NCBI GenBank assembly: GCA_964016885.1
Contig: OZ024742.1
Location: 278,132,001-278,196,000 of the forward strand
Reading direction: 5' to 3'
Source: Eledone cirrhosa
Lineage: Eukaryota
Length of the DNA stretch: 64,000 bases
A program made the translations under genes and the position numbers. This document shows, in pieces, positions 25,910-40,904 of this stretch (positions are counted from its first letter, which is position 1; every line of letters starts with the position of its first letter). The notes beneath the pieces were generated by a model. The model was not told the DNA's origin, did no database searches, and saw only the letters and a program-made list of their open reading frames with translations.

Positions 25910-26265
25910 AAAAAATTTCAGCGGGGCTTTGTGCCTCCGGGGAACCCTAATAGGGGGTTTAACCACCATTAGGGTGTCTTAATATTATTGGAATTTACTG
26001 AAATTTTGTGAATTGGCATACTATCTTGCAATTTACCTATGGTTTAAATTTTATATAAATCGAAGGGAAAACATTTTCAGCGGGGTTTTTCAGCGGGGGT
26101 TTGAGCTCCCAGGGAACCCTTTAATTAAAATGAAACATACGTAAGAAATCAAATGGACATGAGCCCCCCGCACGTGTCAAGTTTCATCAAGATCAGTTTA
26201 GTAGTTTTAGGTTCACAAACAAACACACACACAAACAGACAGAAATTGACATTTATGCATATATA
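25910..26265 (+). mobile_element. Possible non-autonomous Helitron/Helentron-like element 3' part
   Basis: aagtttcatcaagatcagtttagtagtttt, then an (ACAA/ACAG)n tract and catttatgcatatata. Confidence 0.35.
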
Positions 26266-27084
26266 TATGGAAATACATTTTCCATAATCACGGCTGCTCA
26301 CTCAATAGTTTCAACGTATACGCGAGCTAGGTATTCTCTGAGTGTTAACAATGGGTTTCTACAAGTGCAGACTGTACTAACATATGAAACTCGAAATCTG
26401 CCGTTTACAGTGCCAGCATAAGTGCAACTATGCATGCCAAAATACTGCAGTGCCTCATTAGCGGATGCTATTAAATAGCGAGAGACTCACGGTAGCCTGT
26501 CCTGTTCCGTGTGTTGGTTAATTACTACTACATTGGCTAAATTCGTTGGCAGCAAGTAGTGGTGTTACGGGTAGAATAACGACCTTTTGTTGACCTAGGG
26601 ACTGTGCTGGCGGAAAAATCGATATGAGGTATATTTCGAAGTAATTACCGTTATAGATCTCAACCGTTTGAAAAAAAAAAAGAAAAGAATTGCAAAGGAA
26701 TACTGAGAAAATAGAATAATGAAAATACCATTTTACTCACAATTCTGGAAGTTATCTGAAGTGGGAAAAAATTGTCTAGTTACCGCAGTTATAGTAAATA
26801 CATTTTCCATAATCACTGTTGCTCACAATTACTCACTCATATCACACTACTACAGAAACTGTCCCGTAAAAAATGACAATAGTATGTCAAAGTGCCACGT
26901 GAAAGGGAGCCCACCCCTATAACAAACACTATTTAACTAAGAACAACACAACAATCACCACGACACCTGAAAACCAAAGTCTGGACAGCAGTGTACCCAT
27001 TAATAACCAAAAGTGCTCAAAACAAAGGGCTTCAAAAATTGGCTCAGAAACAAACACTGGAAAAGTCAACAATAATAATAACAA

Positions 27085-27760
27085 TGAACCAAATTAAAAT
27101 ATGCAACATCAATCTCAACAAACAACGTGAACTAATGAAATTGTATTAAAACCTTTATAGCTCAACATTTGACATATTCCTCTTTGAAGAACCCCCGCTG
27201 CATGACTTGAACCTGTACAAAAGGGAATTTAAAGAATTCTCTTTTTTATATCCAATACATGCTATCATGGATCATCAAGTTACCTCTTGGTGATTAGATC
27301 AGAAATAATCTGTAAATCAGACATAATACAAAGGAAGTGTAACTCCATAGATATTGTGTTTATGGATGTTAGACTTTTATGTAATAAATACTTAAACTCT
27401 CCCAAAAGTACAGAGACAATAACAAACATTGTAGACTTCCTAGATACATCTAATCCACAAAGCCAAACGCTCATTTCAGGGGACCTCAATGCACAGTGTC
27501 CATTCTGGAATACTAATACCAGGAAAAACAGTATAAAGAAGGAGAATATCACTTAGAGGTTATGAATAAACACAACCGTATTCTACATACAGTACCAGAC
27601 TGCCCTATCTACAGAAAGTTTAACAATAGAACCCCAACAATAGACCATTTGTGGTCTTCTCTCTCAGCCTGTTCGTTTATAAAAAACTCTGAATCGACCC
27701 ACAATATGGCTCTAGGGTCGGATCTTGTCACCAACATTCTTAATTTTGCAATTCCTATAA
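27085..27760 (+). pseudogene. Degenerate APE (endonuclease) domain of a non-LTR retrotransposon
   Basis: KICNINLNK, LISGDLNAQCPFWN, TPTIDHLW and GSDL motifs in the expected order across broken frames. Confidence 0.7.
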
Positions 27761-27933
27761 GTAACGAAAACCTGATCTATTGTCAAACACACCAAATAAA
27801 GCCTAAAATAAGAAAATATCAGCATATTTTTCCTTTCAATGGGTTTATACGTCCCATTATTTGGCTATATTATGTAGTCAATATTACAGCGATGCTTCTA
27901 TTTCTATTTCATCTCTCTCTCTCTCTCTCTCTC

Positions 27934-28056
<123 letters not shown>

Positions 28057-28057
28057 C

Positions 28058-28137
<80 letters not shown>

Positions 28138-28339
28138 ATGGGAGATGGCAGGGTGGATCTTCAGCTTCAAATAATTTAATAAATGCTATGTACATGTACT
28201 GAGTAATTCCTTTTGTCACTAGAAAATCTAAACAATTATATGAATGTATGCATGTTGCATATATGTATTTATACATGATTACAAGTATATATCTACACAC
28301 ACACATACATACGCGCGCACACACAATACACACACACAC

Positions 28340-28410
<71 letters not shown>

Positions 28411-29317
28411 GATATATCTACATATACGCACACGCATTTATATACACACGCGTCCCCTATATGTGCATATAAGTATGTGTTTGTGTGTGCTTATTAAATA
28501 CATATTCCCGTACATACATATGTTCGTTTTTTGCGACACAGGCTACGTCCAAAGTGACATATTCCTTGAAGTAAGAAACTGCGAACTATGTTTATCTAAG
28601 AAAGTCTATATTTCCTCTTTCACTCTATGTATATTTGTTCGTCACCCTACTATGTATATATGTATCTCTCTTTACTGCGTATATTTGTATATCACTACTA
28701 CACTGTTGACATGACAGATTGTATCGGAAAATTTCTTAAATGTTACATATATTTATTTATTTTTTACGCTCAATGCCATTCTTATTTCTTTTTTTGCTTT
28801 GTGTGTAAGTATGTATTCGCCTCTGCCTGTCTTCCTCTCTTTGTTTATACACCCCACACCCTCATATACACAAACATTCCCCCCACACACCCAAATCCGC
28901 ACCACTCCTCACACAAATACACACGCACACAAACATTATATGTATTTCAGTCGACTTTCATTTAATCCGGCTGACGAAGCTTGTGGCTGTATTTTTCATT
29001 AAGTGGGCCAGTTTACATGTATGTTTATTTTAATATACTTATGCTTCTAACTGTTGTTAAAGCTACTTATCGCCACTCAGAGTACAGATCCCAAGATTAG
29101 AATCGTGCGGTTTTGAGGTTATATATTGGAGATAATCATCTGAGAAGGTAAAAGTATCTTCATTGGCACCACAACTGTATGTGTGGATGGAACAGAATGG
29201 ACATCCGTTAGTTTTGACGATGATTGTTCCAGTTGCTCAGAAAATTAACTGACAAGTGGCTAAGCATTACACAGGCACGTAAACATTTAACTTTACATCT
29301 TGTATTTTAGTGTGACT

Positions 29318-29750
29318 AGGGTGGTGGATTGGAAGTATCGGTAGAGAGTCAGACATCATGCATTGCAGCATAGAGTTATGGCCCTTTATGATCTGATTTC
29401 AAATAACGCTAAGGTTGACTTTGCCTTTTGTCCTTACGGGATCGATGGAATGAAGTACCAGTCAGGCACTGGGATCGATTTAATCGACTTTCCTCTCCCC
29501 AAAAATGTCTGGCCTTGTGCCTATATAAGAAACCGTCATAGTGTAAGTGACTAGGGTGGTGGATTGACAGTATCGGTAGAGTGTCAGACACCATACTTTG
29601 CAGCATAGAGTTATGGTCCTTTACATTTTGAGTTCAATCCCGCTAAGGTTAACTTTGCTTTTCACCTTTACGGGGTCGATAATATAAAGTACCAGTAATG
29701 ATTTCATCGACTTCCCATCTCCTGGCCTTATGCCTAAATCGGAAACCATT
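29318..29750 (+). mobile_element. Two head-to-tail family-2 SINEs (29318-29538 and 29553-29750) nested in a minus-strand family-1 SINE
   Basis: Both start agggtggtggattg. They are separated and followed by tagtgtaagtgact. Confidence 0.8.
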
Positions 29751-31077
29751 ATAGTGTAAGTGACTGAGTATTGCACAGGCACGTGTATCCTTAATGTGAT
29801 TCAGTACGACACAGTGTGTGACAAGGCCTGTCCTTTGAATTGCGAGTAAAGTTTATTCGACAAACGTCTAAACAGTTTTTGTCTGCCTAATTTCACTCAC
29901 AGGCCGTAAATGAGATTGAAACGAGAACCTAATTATTACGAAGCGAATCTCTCAGCTATTCGGCCATGCTGGGATCACCTCTGTGTGGATAAAGCGCCTA
30001 TATACTTGCCGAAAAGGAGACAGATAGTACGTATCTCACCATCATCATTATTTTGTATTATCCGAGGCAATAAATCGATAAGAGCGCATCTGCTAGAAAT
30101 AAAACCCAGACTTTTCTCGAATTAGAGAACACCACCTGTAACAAAGTGACGACCCACTATGTAATGTTCTCTTGAATATAACATAATATAACATAATATA
30201 ATATATATATATATATATATATGTCAACTATCCCCGTCCGACGGCGAGATCTCCTACCAACTTTGGAGTGGGTAAGAGATGTCTTCTCTTGTGAAAATAG
30301 GTATAGTTTTCATTATGTAAAATCTCCCTATTTTACCTAATATCTCCCCGTTTTGGTCGACTTTCTTTCATGGTACTCACCATTTAAGTTTTTAGAGGTT
30401 GGTAGGTCTGATATAATACAGAATGATCACAGCTGAAGGCATTCGATAACAGCGATAACAGCAACAACAACATTAAAAACAATCGTGCATTCATGTTCAG
30501 TAAACCTTAACTATCATTAAATAGACACCTCAAAATGTGTACGTTTGATCGGCATGTTTAAGCAGTTGTGTTGTATTTTACGGTATTCTTAGTTCCAGGC
30601 CTGAGTCGTAAAATTAGTGTTGCCGGAATATATGATAAAATATTTGTTGTGTTTAGCTGTACAACTTAGTACAGGAACAGCACCGATGTTCCGGCAACTC
30701 GTGGTCAGGTAATCATTTTATCCGGATATAAATCTGATTAGACATTTGGATTTTACAAAGCTGGAAATATAATTCCCCCTGACCCTCAACTATAATACTA
30801 TGAATATGCAGATATTTAAAAGCAATACCTAACGCTATATTGGACTCATTGAACGTTAATTAATCCAGTGGGTCACGTAAAATTCGAACGTTTAATCAGA
30901 TTTATATCCGGATAAAATGATTTGACCATACCATCAGTTGTCGGAAAATCTTTGTTGTACTTGTAAGAAGTTTCTCTGCTGACCACAACAATTATTATTA
31001 TTAGTTTTTGTGTGTGTGTGTATGTGTGTGTGTGTGTGTGTGGGGGGGGTATAGTTTGAAGAGTAAAGATTTTAAAC

Positions 31078-31235
31078 ATACATGGCCGTAGAGTTAAATG
31101 GTTAGTCTCACAATCATGTTGTCCCGTGTTCGGTCCCACTTCGCACCACAAGGGGCAATTGTTTTTTTAATAACAGTTTCAATATGAATCAAGTCTTATG
31201 AGTGAAATTCTATATATAGAAAATGTGGAGGTCTA
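31078..31235 (+). mobile_element. Degenerate tRNA-derived SINE (family 3)
   Basis: A-box-like tggccgtagagtt and B-box-like gtgttcggtccc. Confidence 0.4.
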
Positions 31236-31775
31236 TCTGATTGAGTGTATATGTCATCATTCTGCATCTCCAATGCATCCTCACATTTGCTAACATTCAA
31301 ACCAGATGACAACTTTTCACATGAGTCTTGGGGGTCTTGGGAACGTGGCCGCTTATCTTTTCAACTAAACTATATGATATAACTAGGTTTATAAAATATT
31401 TATTGGGAACCCATTTTTCATACATTCGGACCAGATACTAATCTGTTGGGTTTATTCCCAACATTTCCCGTATGATTTGGAGGTCCTGAAATAAAACTTA
31501 TGGACGAGCTGTTTCTCTTCTGAACAATCTATATGAAATACATATGACTGAAAAACCTTAATTGGGGCCCCGGAGTACCAAAGAGCTTTAGAATTGATTT
31601 TCCCCTTTCAGCACAGCTATTTATATTATACAATTAGTTGGTTGACCTGGAAATGGAAATAACACATTTTTTTCACTAATTCTTATCCTATCAATTACTG
31701 AATTACTGTCTACGCATCGACTCACAAAAGGGCCAAGAAGGCAAAAGAAAAGCCTACATACCATACATACATACA

Positions 31776-31806
<31 letters not shown>

Positions 31807-32026
31807 GTATCAGTGTATATATGTACAGTATAGTATATATAGATATACACAAACATATATGTGTGTGTATGTGTGTATGTGTGTGTACGTGTGTAAGAGT
31901 CGATAATTAACGCCACAGACAAGCAGTCGTCATAGAAAGATTCATGTTCTTGCTCGTAGTAAAAAAAACATATATATATATATATATATGAATTCATATA
32001 TATATATACATATATATGTATATATT

Positions 32027-32060
<34 letters not shown>

Positions 32061-32302
32061 TATATATATAATGTATCCGCACAGAAATACTTATTTCTAT
32101 TGTGGGGTGTGGGATAACTTTACATTCTTTCGCTGTTCATCCGCCATTCCATGTTCCATTGTTTGCTTGTTTATATATATATATGTCTATGTTTTTATTA
32201 GCTATGTTTAGGGTATGGGATACCCTAAACATACATAACTGGTGTACTGTTCAAAAGTCCTTAGCAGCATCGTTCCACATTCTAATTAGCAGCAGCAGCA
32301 GC

Positions 32303-32350
<48 letters not shown>

Positions 32351-32357
32351 GTTGTTA

Positions 32358-35300
32358 TTCCTTGAATCTCAGTCATTGATGTTGGTTAACTGGAAAGTCC
32401 GTTGGATTGAATATCAAGCCACTACCTGCAGCCTCAGATATTCAGTACGTATCGGAGGGTTCTTGCTGTTCCAAGCAAGCATGCCTTTTGAAGCGTTCCA
32501 AAAAGCGTGAAGGGGCCGATTTTCTTTAACCATCCCTGGAAACTTTTGGAGATAGTCCCCAGTGCGCCTATGACAATCGGGATCACTTTGACTTCATGGC
32601 AGTTCCAAATCCTTTTCACCTCCCACTTTAGGTCCTGGTATCGGTTAATTTTCTCCCTCTCCTTCTCTTGCACTCTCGTGTCGAACGGGCAGGCCACATC
32701 CACAATCAGACACGATCTTTTTTCTTTGTCCACAACCACCAGGTCAGGTCTATTGTGTTCCAGTTTTTTGTCCGTCTGTATCCTAAAATCCCACAGCACC
32801 TTCACCTGATTGTTCTACATCACCGCCTCTGGCCTATGCTCATACCATTTCTCAGAATGTGGTAAATTGTTTACTTTGCACAGGTGCCAGTGGATCACCC
32901 TGCCCATCACATCGTGTTTCCAGCCCTTATAGTGGGTCTGGGCTAGGTGTTTACACTCGGACACAATGTGAGCCACAGTCTCCTCTCTCTCTCCACAGAT
33001 CCTGCACAGTGGGCTAGCCTCCTCCTTGTAGATATGGTGCTTCAACCACTTCGTTTTGAGGGCCTGCTCCTGCGCAGCCATTAGCATTCCTTCTGTAGCC
33101 TTTTTGAGGTCTCCTCTTCTCAACCAGTTCCACGTCTGTGGATCTCTAAATTCAGTTTTCTCAAAGAAGGTACTATGAAGGGATTTTCCCTTAAGGCTGC
33201 TCTTCCTCCTTGATGTTATTTCCTCCTTGGACATCCCCTGGCCTACTGTCCCCTCCTTCAGTACAGTTCTGAGCATTGGCTCCTTACTATAGGTCACGTA
33301 TTTGTATAGGTTGTTTTTCTCCATCTGAACACAGTCCTCTATGCTGATAAGACCTCTTCCACCCTCAGATCTCCTTAGGTAGAGTCTATCGACATCACTC
33401 CTCTTGTGGAACATGTTGTAGATAGTCAATAGCTTCCTAGTCTTCCTATCCATTTCTTTTTGTTCAGCAACATTCCATCTCAGAATTCCCGCACTGTACC
33501 TAATAATAGACACAGCTCGGGAATTTACTGCGCTTATGGCATTTCTGCTGTTCAGATGTGACTTCAATACGCTCCTTACTCTCCGAATGTATTCAGTTCT
33601 TAACAATTCCTTCATTTTTTTGTTCTTTATGCCATCAGCCTCCAGAACGCCCAAATACTTGTATCCTTCCTCAGAGTCAATTTCCTTTATCATCTCACCT
33701 GTTGATATCTGGATCCCGTTACTTCTGCTCAACCTACCCCTCTTCATCACAATGACTCCACATTTACCAATACCAAACTGCATACATATATCACTGCTGA
33801 AAATACGGACAGTGTCAACAAGCACATCCAACTCCTTCTCACTTTTCCCGAAGAGCTTAAGATCGTCCATGAAGAGGAGGTGATTGATGGTAAGCTCTCC
33901 CTTTCCCAACTTGTATCCTGCTCTCACTTTTCGCAGCATAATGGTCAAGGGCATGAGGGCAAGGACAAACAACAGAGGGGACAGGCTATCTCCCTGGAAG
34001 ATACCTCTCTTGATCTTCACGCTTCCCCAGGATACTCCAGTTGATGTCAACTCTGTCTCCCAGGACCCCATACTCCTGCCTAGCAACTGTCTGATGTTAT
34101 CTGCCACACTGAAGATCTCCAGGCTTTTGGTGATCCAGGAATGAGGCACCATGTCAAATGCCTTTCTGTAGTCTATCCATCCCATGGCAAGATCAGTGTG
34201 TCTCCTCCTGCAATTCCCCATTACCATCTTATCAATAAGTAACTGGTCCTTTGTACCACGTGACTTCTTTCGGCATCCTTTCTGTTCGTCCGGTAACAAG
34301 TTGTTTGTGTGGAGGTGATGGTAGATTTCCTCAGACACAATGCTCGTCAACAGTTTCCACATTACGGACAGACATGTGATAGGTCTATAATTGGTAACAT
34401 CATTACCCTTGATTCGGTCTTTCATTATCAGAACTGTGGTACCTTTTGTCAACCACTCTGGCACCTCACCCGACACCAAGCAGTCATTGAACATGGCCGT
34501 CAGCTTCGGGTGGAGGGATGTTAAATGTTTAATCCAATACCCCTGCACACCATCTGGGCCTGGTGATTTCCAGTTGGTTAGTTTTTTGGCCTGCCCCTTA
34601 AGAGTTTCAACTGTGATACTCAAATCAGTTTGTTGGTGTGCCTGCTCACCGATCTCCCTCTGTACTGTCTCAATCCACCCTGCCTGGGCATTGTGTCTAA
34701 CATCCTGCTCCCATATTACTCTCCAGAATGTTTTAGTTTGCTCCGCCCCAGGGATCAAGTCGTTGCCTCTTTCTTTCCCCTCAAGCTGTCCAAACAGCAT
34801 CTTCTGGTTGTTGTCGAACATGCGGTTCTGTTTATACTGACTGACTCTGTTCTCGTATCGCCTGATTTTTGCACTCTTTGCTACAATGCGTTGCTTCAGT
34901 TCCTCTATGATAATATTTAGCTTTTTCCTCCTAGTTTTGTACTTTATTTCCAGTCTATTTTTAGTGCCTATGTTTTTTAGTGTCCCATTCAGTAGTGACT
35001 CAAGCTTTCCTATGTCATTTCTCATTTCCCCGATTTGACCACTCAGTCGTTTCTTCCACCACGGCTCTGCTCTTTCTTGTCTGTTGTTTCCTCTCGCTTT
35101 TATACCAAGTAGTTTCCTCACCGTATTTGCTGTTGCTTTGAGGATATTGTTGCACTGGTGAAGGCTCCTCGCCTCAAGGTATGGGATGACTTTGTTTACC
35201 TTAGCTGTTGTTTCTTTTAACTTTTTCCTGTCTACAAATCTTAGGTTCATAGGTCTCCCACTATCATTGTTCAATTCATCTACCACTAAATTTAGGATGT

Positions 35301-35826
35301 CAACCGAATCTTGTCCTAGCCCGTCAGCATTCATCTCCTCAGTGGCCGTATCTCTGTTCCAGGTATTATTTATCTCAGTATTCAGATCATTGTCTGCTTC
35401 GGGTGGTTCCTCCGTTCTCAGGACCTCTTCACCTTCATTTCCCACTGGCTCGCTTGTCTGGCATACTACACCCGCCATCTCCAAGCCATTCTCTCTGCTC
35501 AGTTCCTCCAGTTCCAGCTCGCTTATCCATCCATTAGTTCCTATTACCCGAGCCTGCCCGGCCAATTTTTGTTCATCTAATTTAAATAAACCAATCTCGT
35601 TCCAGATGTTATGCATCCGTCTCCTGTAGCCCCTCTCCTTGGGGTTACTTTTCAGGTAACATTGCATAACAGTTCTATTCAATTCTTTCGTCCAGTTGGT
35701 TCTGGCCCCTTTCCTTCTTCTCCTTCCTCCAACATCAGCAGTATTTGGTTGACAGTCAGGTTCCTGCTGCTGAGCCAGGGGGCACCTGTTGGGTGAGAGT
35801 CTGTCACATGACGTTCTAGTCTCCAT
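32358..35826 (-). mobile_element. R4-clade (Dong/Rex6-like) non-LTR retrotransposon, single RT+RLE ORF, near intact, 3' end in (TAA)n
   Basis: RT motifs KSPGPDGV, YRPITCL, IDYRKAFDMVPH, GIFQGDSLSPLLF, HLLFMDDLKL and YKYLG. C-terminal CRICGEREETVAHIVSEC, KHD, RPDLVVVDK, DVACP and EKINRY. The 5' UTR boundary is uncertain (35960 or up to about 36883). Confidence 0.92.
32434..35826 (-). pseudogene. Retrotransposon polyprotein, about 1130 codons, interrupted by one TAG at 32815-32817
   Basis: ORFs 32815-35826 and 32434-32805 are in the same frame. The second copy has GAG at the equivalent codon (37388-37390). Confidence 0.9.
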
Positions 35827-36884
35827 TTCACCGTTATTCGAACTGTTTATGTTCGATATTTAAACACTCTTATCGAGGATTGGCGAATGTATGGTTACAT
35901 ATCCATCTGTGGATCCGCCATTCCACTTGGCCCTTGTGTGGCATTATCACCACGCTGTATACGAACACACATAAACAAACAAACACACAGGCAGAAAGGG
36001 CCCCAAAAATGAATAAGCATAAGTTTCATTGTAATGTAGTGTTCGAATGTCTGACTTAGTTTTTGTTTTTTAAGTTTTAGTTTCCCCCCCCCTCTTCTCT
36101 GTCCGTCCGCCTGCTTCTCTCTTCATTCTTATTTTCTTTACGTTTTTTTTTTTGTTTTTTTTTTTTTGTTTTTGTTTTTCTCTGTTTGTCTTTCTCGTTT
36201 TTTGCTGTTGTTGCTGTGCTGCTTTGGTTTTGTTGTTTGTTTTTTCTTTTTTCTTTTGAGTCTATCTATATATTTTGATGCCTTCCTCTTTTTTAGCAGT
36301 AGGGATTCTATAATGTGGTGGCAGCAGCCAATTGGTGGTGGGTGACTGGCGGCGGTAGCGATACTGAGACAGTGGTGGTGGTGATGTCGATACCGAGGCA
36401 GTGGTGGCGGTGATGTGACCGTATTACTGTAGTGATGGTGCTGTAGCGGTGGTAGCAGTGAAGGAGTGAAGGGGTGGTGGCGGCGGTGATGGGATAATGG
36501 TTGTAATGATGGCCGTAGCGAGCGGTGGTGGTTTAGTGTACACAGGTGATGGGGTGGGTGGTGTATCTAGTTTCTGGTGTTGGTGAGTTTGGCTGTTCTA
36601 TATAGTGTAGACAGAGGAGGAGGGGGGGGGGGGGGTTCTTCTTCCATTTATAGCCATTTTCTTTTTTGGATATACAGTGTACAATACAAAGTTGAATATT
36701 TGAATATTTGAGCCTTATAACAATATATTTTGGGTTCGAATTTTTTGGGGCTCAAGCCGGGTGCTTTACGTAGCATTTGTACTAAGAGTTGTTATTTCAC
36801 AAATGATTTAAATATGTTAAAAATTCAAAACTTACGGGAGCGATTTCATGACCTCCGTCACCTCGTGCGTCTTCTTCCCTTTTA

Positions 36885-36920
<36 letters not shown>

Positions 36921-36930
36921 GTTATTGTTA

Positions 36931-37706
<776 letters not shown>

Positions 37707-40415
37707 ATGTGCCGTACTAGTTGTATTACCTAAAGATTATTTATTTCCAGAATCCAAGATTTTTGTTCATTTCGTTCTGCGATCGACTTTTCCCACTATC
37801 CATCTACTAGATGCTGGATGTGATACGTCTTATTAGCACAAGAATTAGGCTCGTGTATATAACAGAATCTCTTTAAAACTAATAAGATAAACCAACGATC
37901 TTTTAGTTTTTTTTAACCCTTAGGAAGGAGGTTAGTGCCATATCTTAAAACAATCCAGAAAACCTTATAAACTGTAGATCAACCAAATTTCAAAATGAAG
38001 GCCCTTCATTGTAAGATCTGAGAGATGTGGTTTTAGGTTCAAAGAATCATGGATTGTAATTAGAACATTTCCCATAAGACGCTCGCTGTCAGATCATAAC
38101 GGTTATGTAAGCAGATAGACATATAGTTTAAATATATTTTACAGATAATGTTTTTATATAAACCTAACATAGAAACATGTTTGGAAAGTTTTAATATATA
38201 AAAATGGATGTAGCTGTGATGCTACATTAGTGATTAAAGTGTAAAGAATTTAGTTTTTAAGATTATTCTTTGTTTGAAAAATGCATCAAACACGAAACTC
38301 CTGTTTCTCATGTCACTAGAGTAGATTTGCTTCTACTAGAAAATAAATTATCGACATCCTAAAAAGGATCTATATGTGTTCATAATTATTGGACATGGTT
38401 TTGCAAATAGGTAAGTGAAATGTTGCATAGTGCCATCATTTCAAGGGGAATATCATATAGGTTATTTGATGAATAGGTTCTCTAATTGTTTATTTATGTT
38501 TGTGGTATTTTTATGAAGCTCAACTTCAACCATCTACTGTATTATATTGATGGAACTATCAATATCCCTCGACTAACTGAAGATTATCAGCTTAAAGATG
38601 TTAGTCTGTTGATTTAGTAAATTCAAGTAATTGCAAATATTTCAGATATTGATGAACACAGGCAAGGCCGGGTGGTGCTTCTAGTGTTCGATATCATTGA
38701 AATAAGAATAACCCCGCCCCTCTTGAAAAAAAAATAGATGAAATAAACTCAAGTTTCTTTCGACAAAATAAATAAACCTGATAAATATCATTTTATTTTT
38801 TTATAGTTATTAGATTCGACATGAAAAATTTGTCTGATGATCACACCACGAAAATATATTCTGGAACACACCCAAATCTGTTTATTAACTTTTCACCTCT
38901 CGTTAAACACTACAAGTCTTTAGGAGAATCGTTGTGATCTCTGTCTAACAAAACATCAGTTCAGTAAAAAACAGTAACATGAAAAAATAAGTTCAAAAGT
39001 CATTATTAATCAACGTATTGAGATTCTAATTCCGCTTTGATCTCTCTCTCTATGTTTACTGGATTCGTAACGATAAAGTATGCATGTACACGCACACTTA
39101 CATTATGCATGTATGTACGTATATATGTATGCATGTATGTATATGTATATATATGCATGTATGTATGTAAGTATGTATATATGTAAATATGTATGTTTAT
39201 ATGTATGTATGTATGAATGTATGTTTTTACAAACACACAGACACTTACATACACACACACAGGCACATATACAAATATATCCATGCATACATATATTTGG
39301 ATTTGCAAAGTAAAGGAAAAGTGCTCAAAAACAAAGTAGATTATAATGTTTATTTATTATATTACTGAGATTATTCTCAGCTGCTATTCAATCTTTATAT
39401 AGCCAAGTACGCATTACATTTCATTTCAACAGAATATCATCTTCCATGGAGGAAGAGCCTCTCCCTCGACTACCTCTAGCGATATCAGTCATGGGCCAGC
39501 CTTGGCCATTCGAGTCCCAAATGACGAGTGGATTAGTTCTCCATCTTAATCTTGCTCCTACTCTTGGTTTTGTCCACCCTCGTAGTGACTCTACGGCTGC
39601 TGGGGACTGAGGACCTTTGTTTGATGTTGTTTGTTCTATTCCAGGGCATGTGCCATGCTATCCATGCTTGGCACTATTGTTAAATATACGTACGAGAAGG
39701 TATACATACTCCTTCTTAGAGGGTAACTACGCTACAGACCACATCTTAAACAAAAAATCTGAGGCAATTTCGGCTTGTAAACATAATTTGCACAAAACTT
39801 TCCTGTATTACAGCCCCACGTTATACCCTAACGGATAGCACGATCTATACGTGGATATTTTACGTCTTGATGTGGGAGCTAAGTATATGTTTATTCCTTT
39901 ACTTGTTTGCATAGGTAAGTATATATTACCCGTATGTTTTGTGAAGGTATGTATACCTTCTCGTACGTATATTTGACTGTTATAGCGTATAATTTTTACA
40001 TATTCTGGTATTTAGGGTTTGGCTATGTGTATACGGGAGTTTTGCGCCCGCGTGAGTGTGCAGGTTCGTACGTATGGTGGGTGTGTGTATATGTGTACTT
40101 CTTGTTTTAGTTGACTTACGTCTCCGAACATTCGTGTATTTATATGTAGGTATGCGTGTGCGCTTGTTATATACGTATTTATTTACTTATATACGTTTAT
40201 ATAATTATTTATTTATTTGTACACAAGCATACACACACACACATATTTATATGTGCGTGGTTTTGTATACCCTTGGTAAGGTTTTGCGTATGCTTGTGCA
40301 TGTACGTATCTGTTTGCGTGTATGTATTTATTTGTTCCTATTACTTCTGTATTGTATTTATTTACTTTGTTCTTAACTCTGTAGCGGAGATTCATTTGGT
40401 CTCCTAGTTAGAATT

Positions 40416-40671
40416 TTAGTCTACGATTTCTGCTATACCATTTACGTGGTTTTGTCTTTGCGTGCTATTGTTCTCCACGCTCCACATATGACTTATTATC
40501 TTCGTTTTTTCGTTCATTGCCAGAGAACGTCTCTATGCACCACCTAAGAGAACATTAGTCTACGACTTCTTTTATACCATAAACGTGGTTTTGTCTTTGC
40601 GCGTAATTGTTTTTCACCGCTCCTATTAATGACGTATTATTCGTTTTTTCCCGTTCTTTGCCAGCGAACGT
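40416..40671 (+). repeat. Two-unit diverged tandem repeat (period about 139 bp)
   Basis: ttagtctacga...tatacca...acgtggttttgtctttgcg...gccag.gaacgt at 40416 and 40555. Confidence 0.8.
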
Positions 40672-40761
40672 TACCACGAACCAAAGTATCGTCTTCCTGT
40701 CTTCCTCCGGCTGCAACGTTTTTTGAAATATCCAGTTCTGCGTTTACAGATTGACTTTGTT

Positions 40762-40812
40762 AGTTTCAGAAGATCCCGTTAAGGGTGAAAGCAGCGATTC
40801 TTTGCTTAAACT
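40762..40812 (+). ncRNA. Degenerate type-I hammerhead (U4>A in core)
   Basis: agttt-CAGAAGA-tccc gtta aggg t-GAAA-gcag cgattc tttgc-TT-aaact, followed by AATAAA and (TA)n. Confidence 0.55.
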
Positions 40813-40832
40813 TTAATCTGTTATTTTAATAA

Positions 40833-40904
<72 letters not shown>

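Noticed and set aside
28968-29000. cgg-CTGACGA-agcttgtggct
   Set aside because: No GAAA or cleavage triplet follows.
33536-35796. Plus-strand ORFs overlapping the Dong-like ORF
   Set aside because: Antisense shadows of the real minus-strand ORF.
38829-38865. CTGATGA-tcacaccac-GAAA
   Set aside because: No stem II or stem I complementarity; expected by chance.
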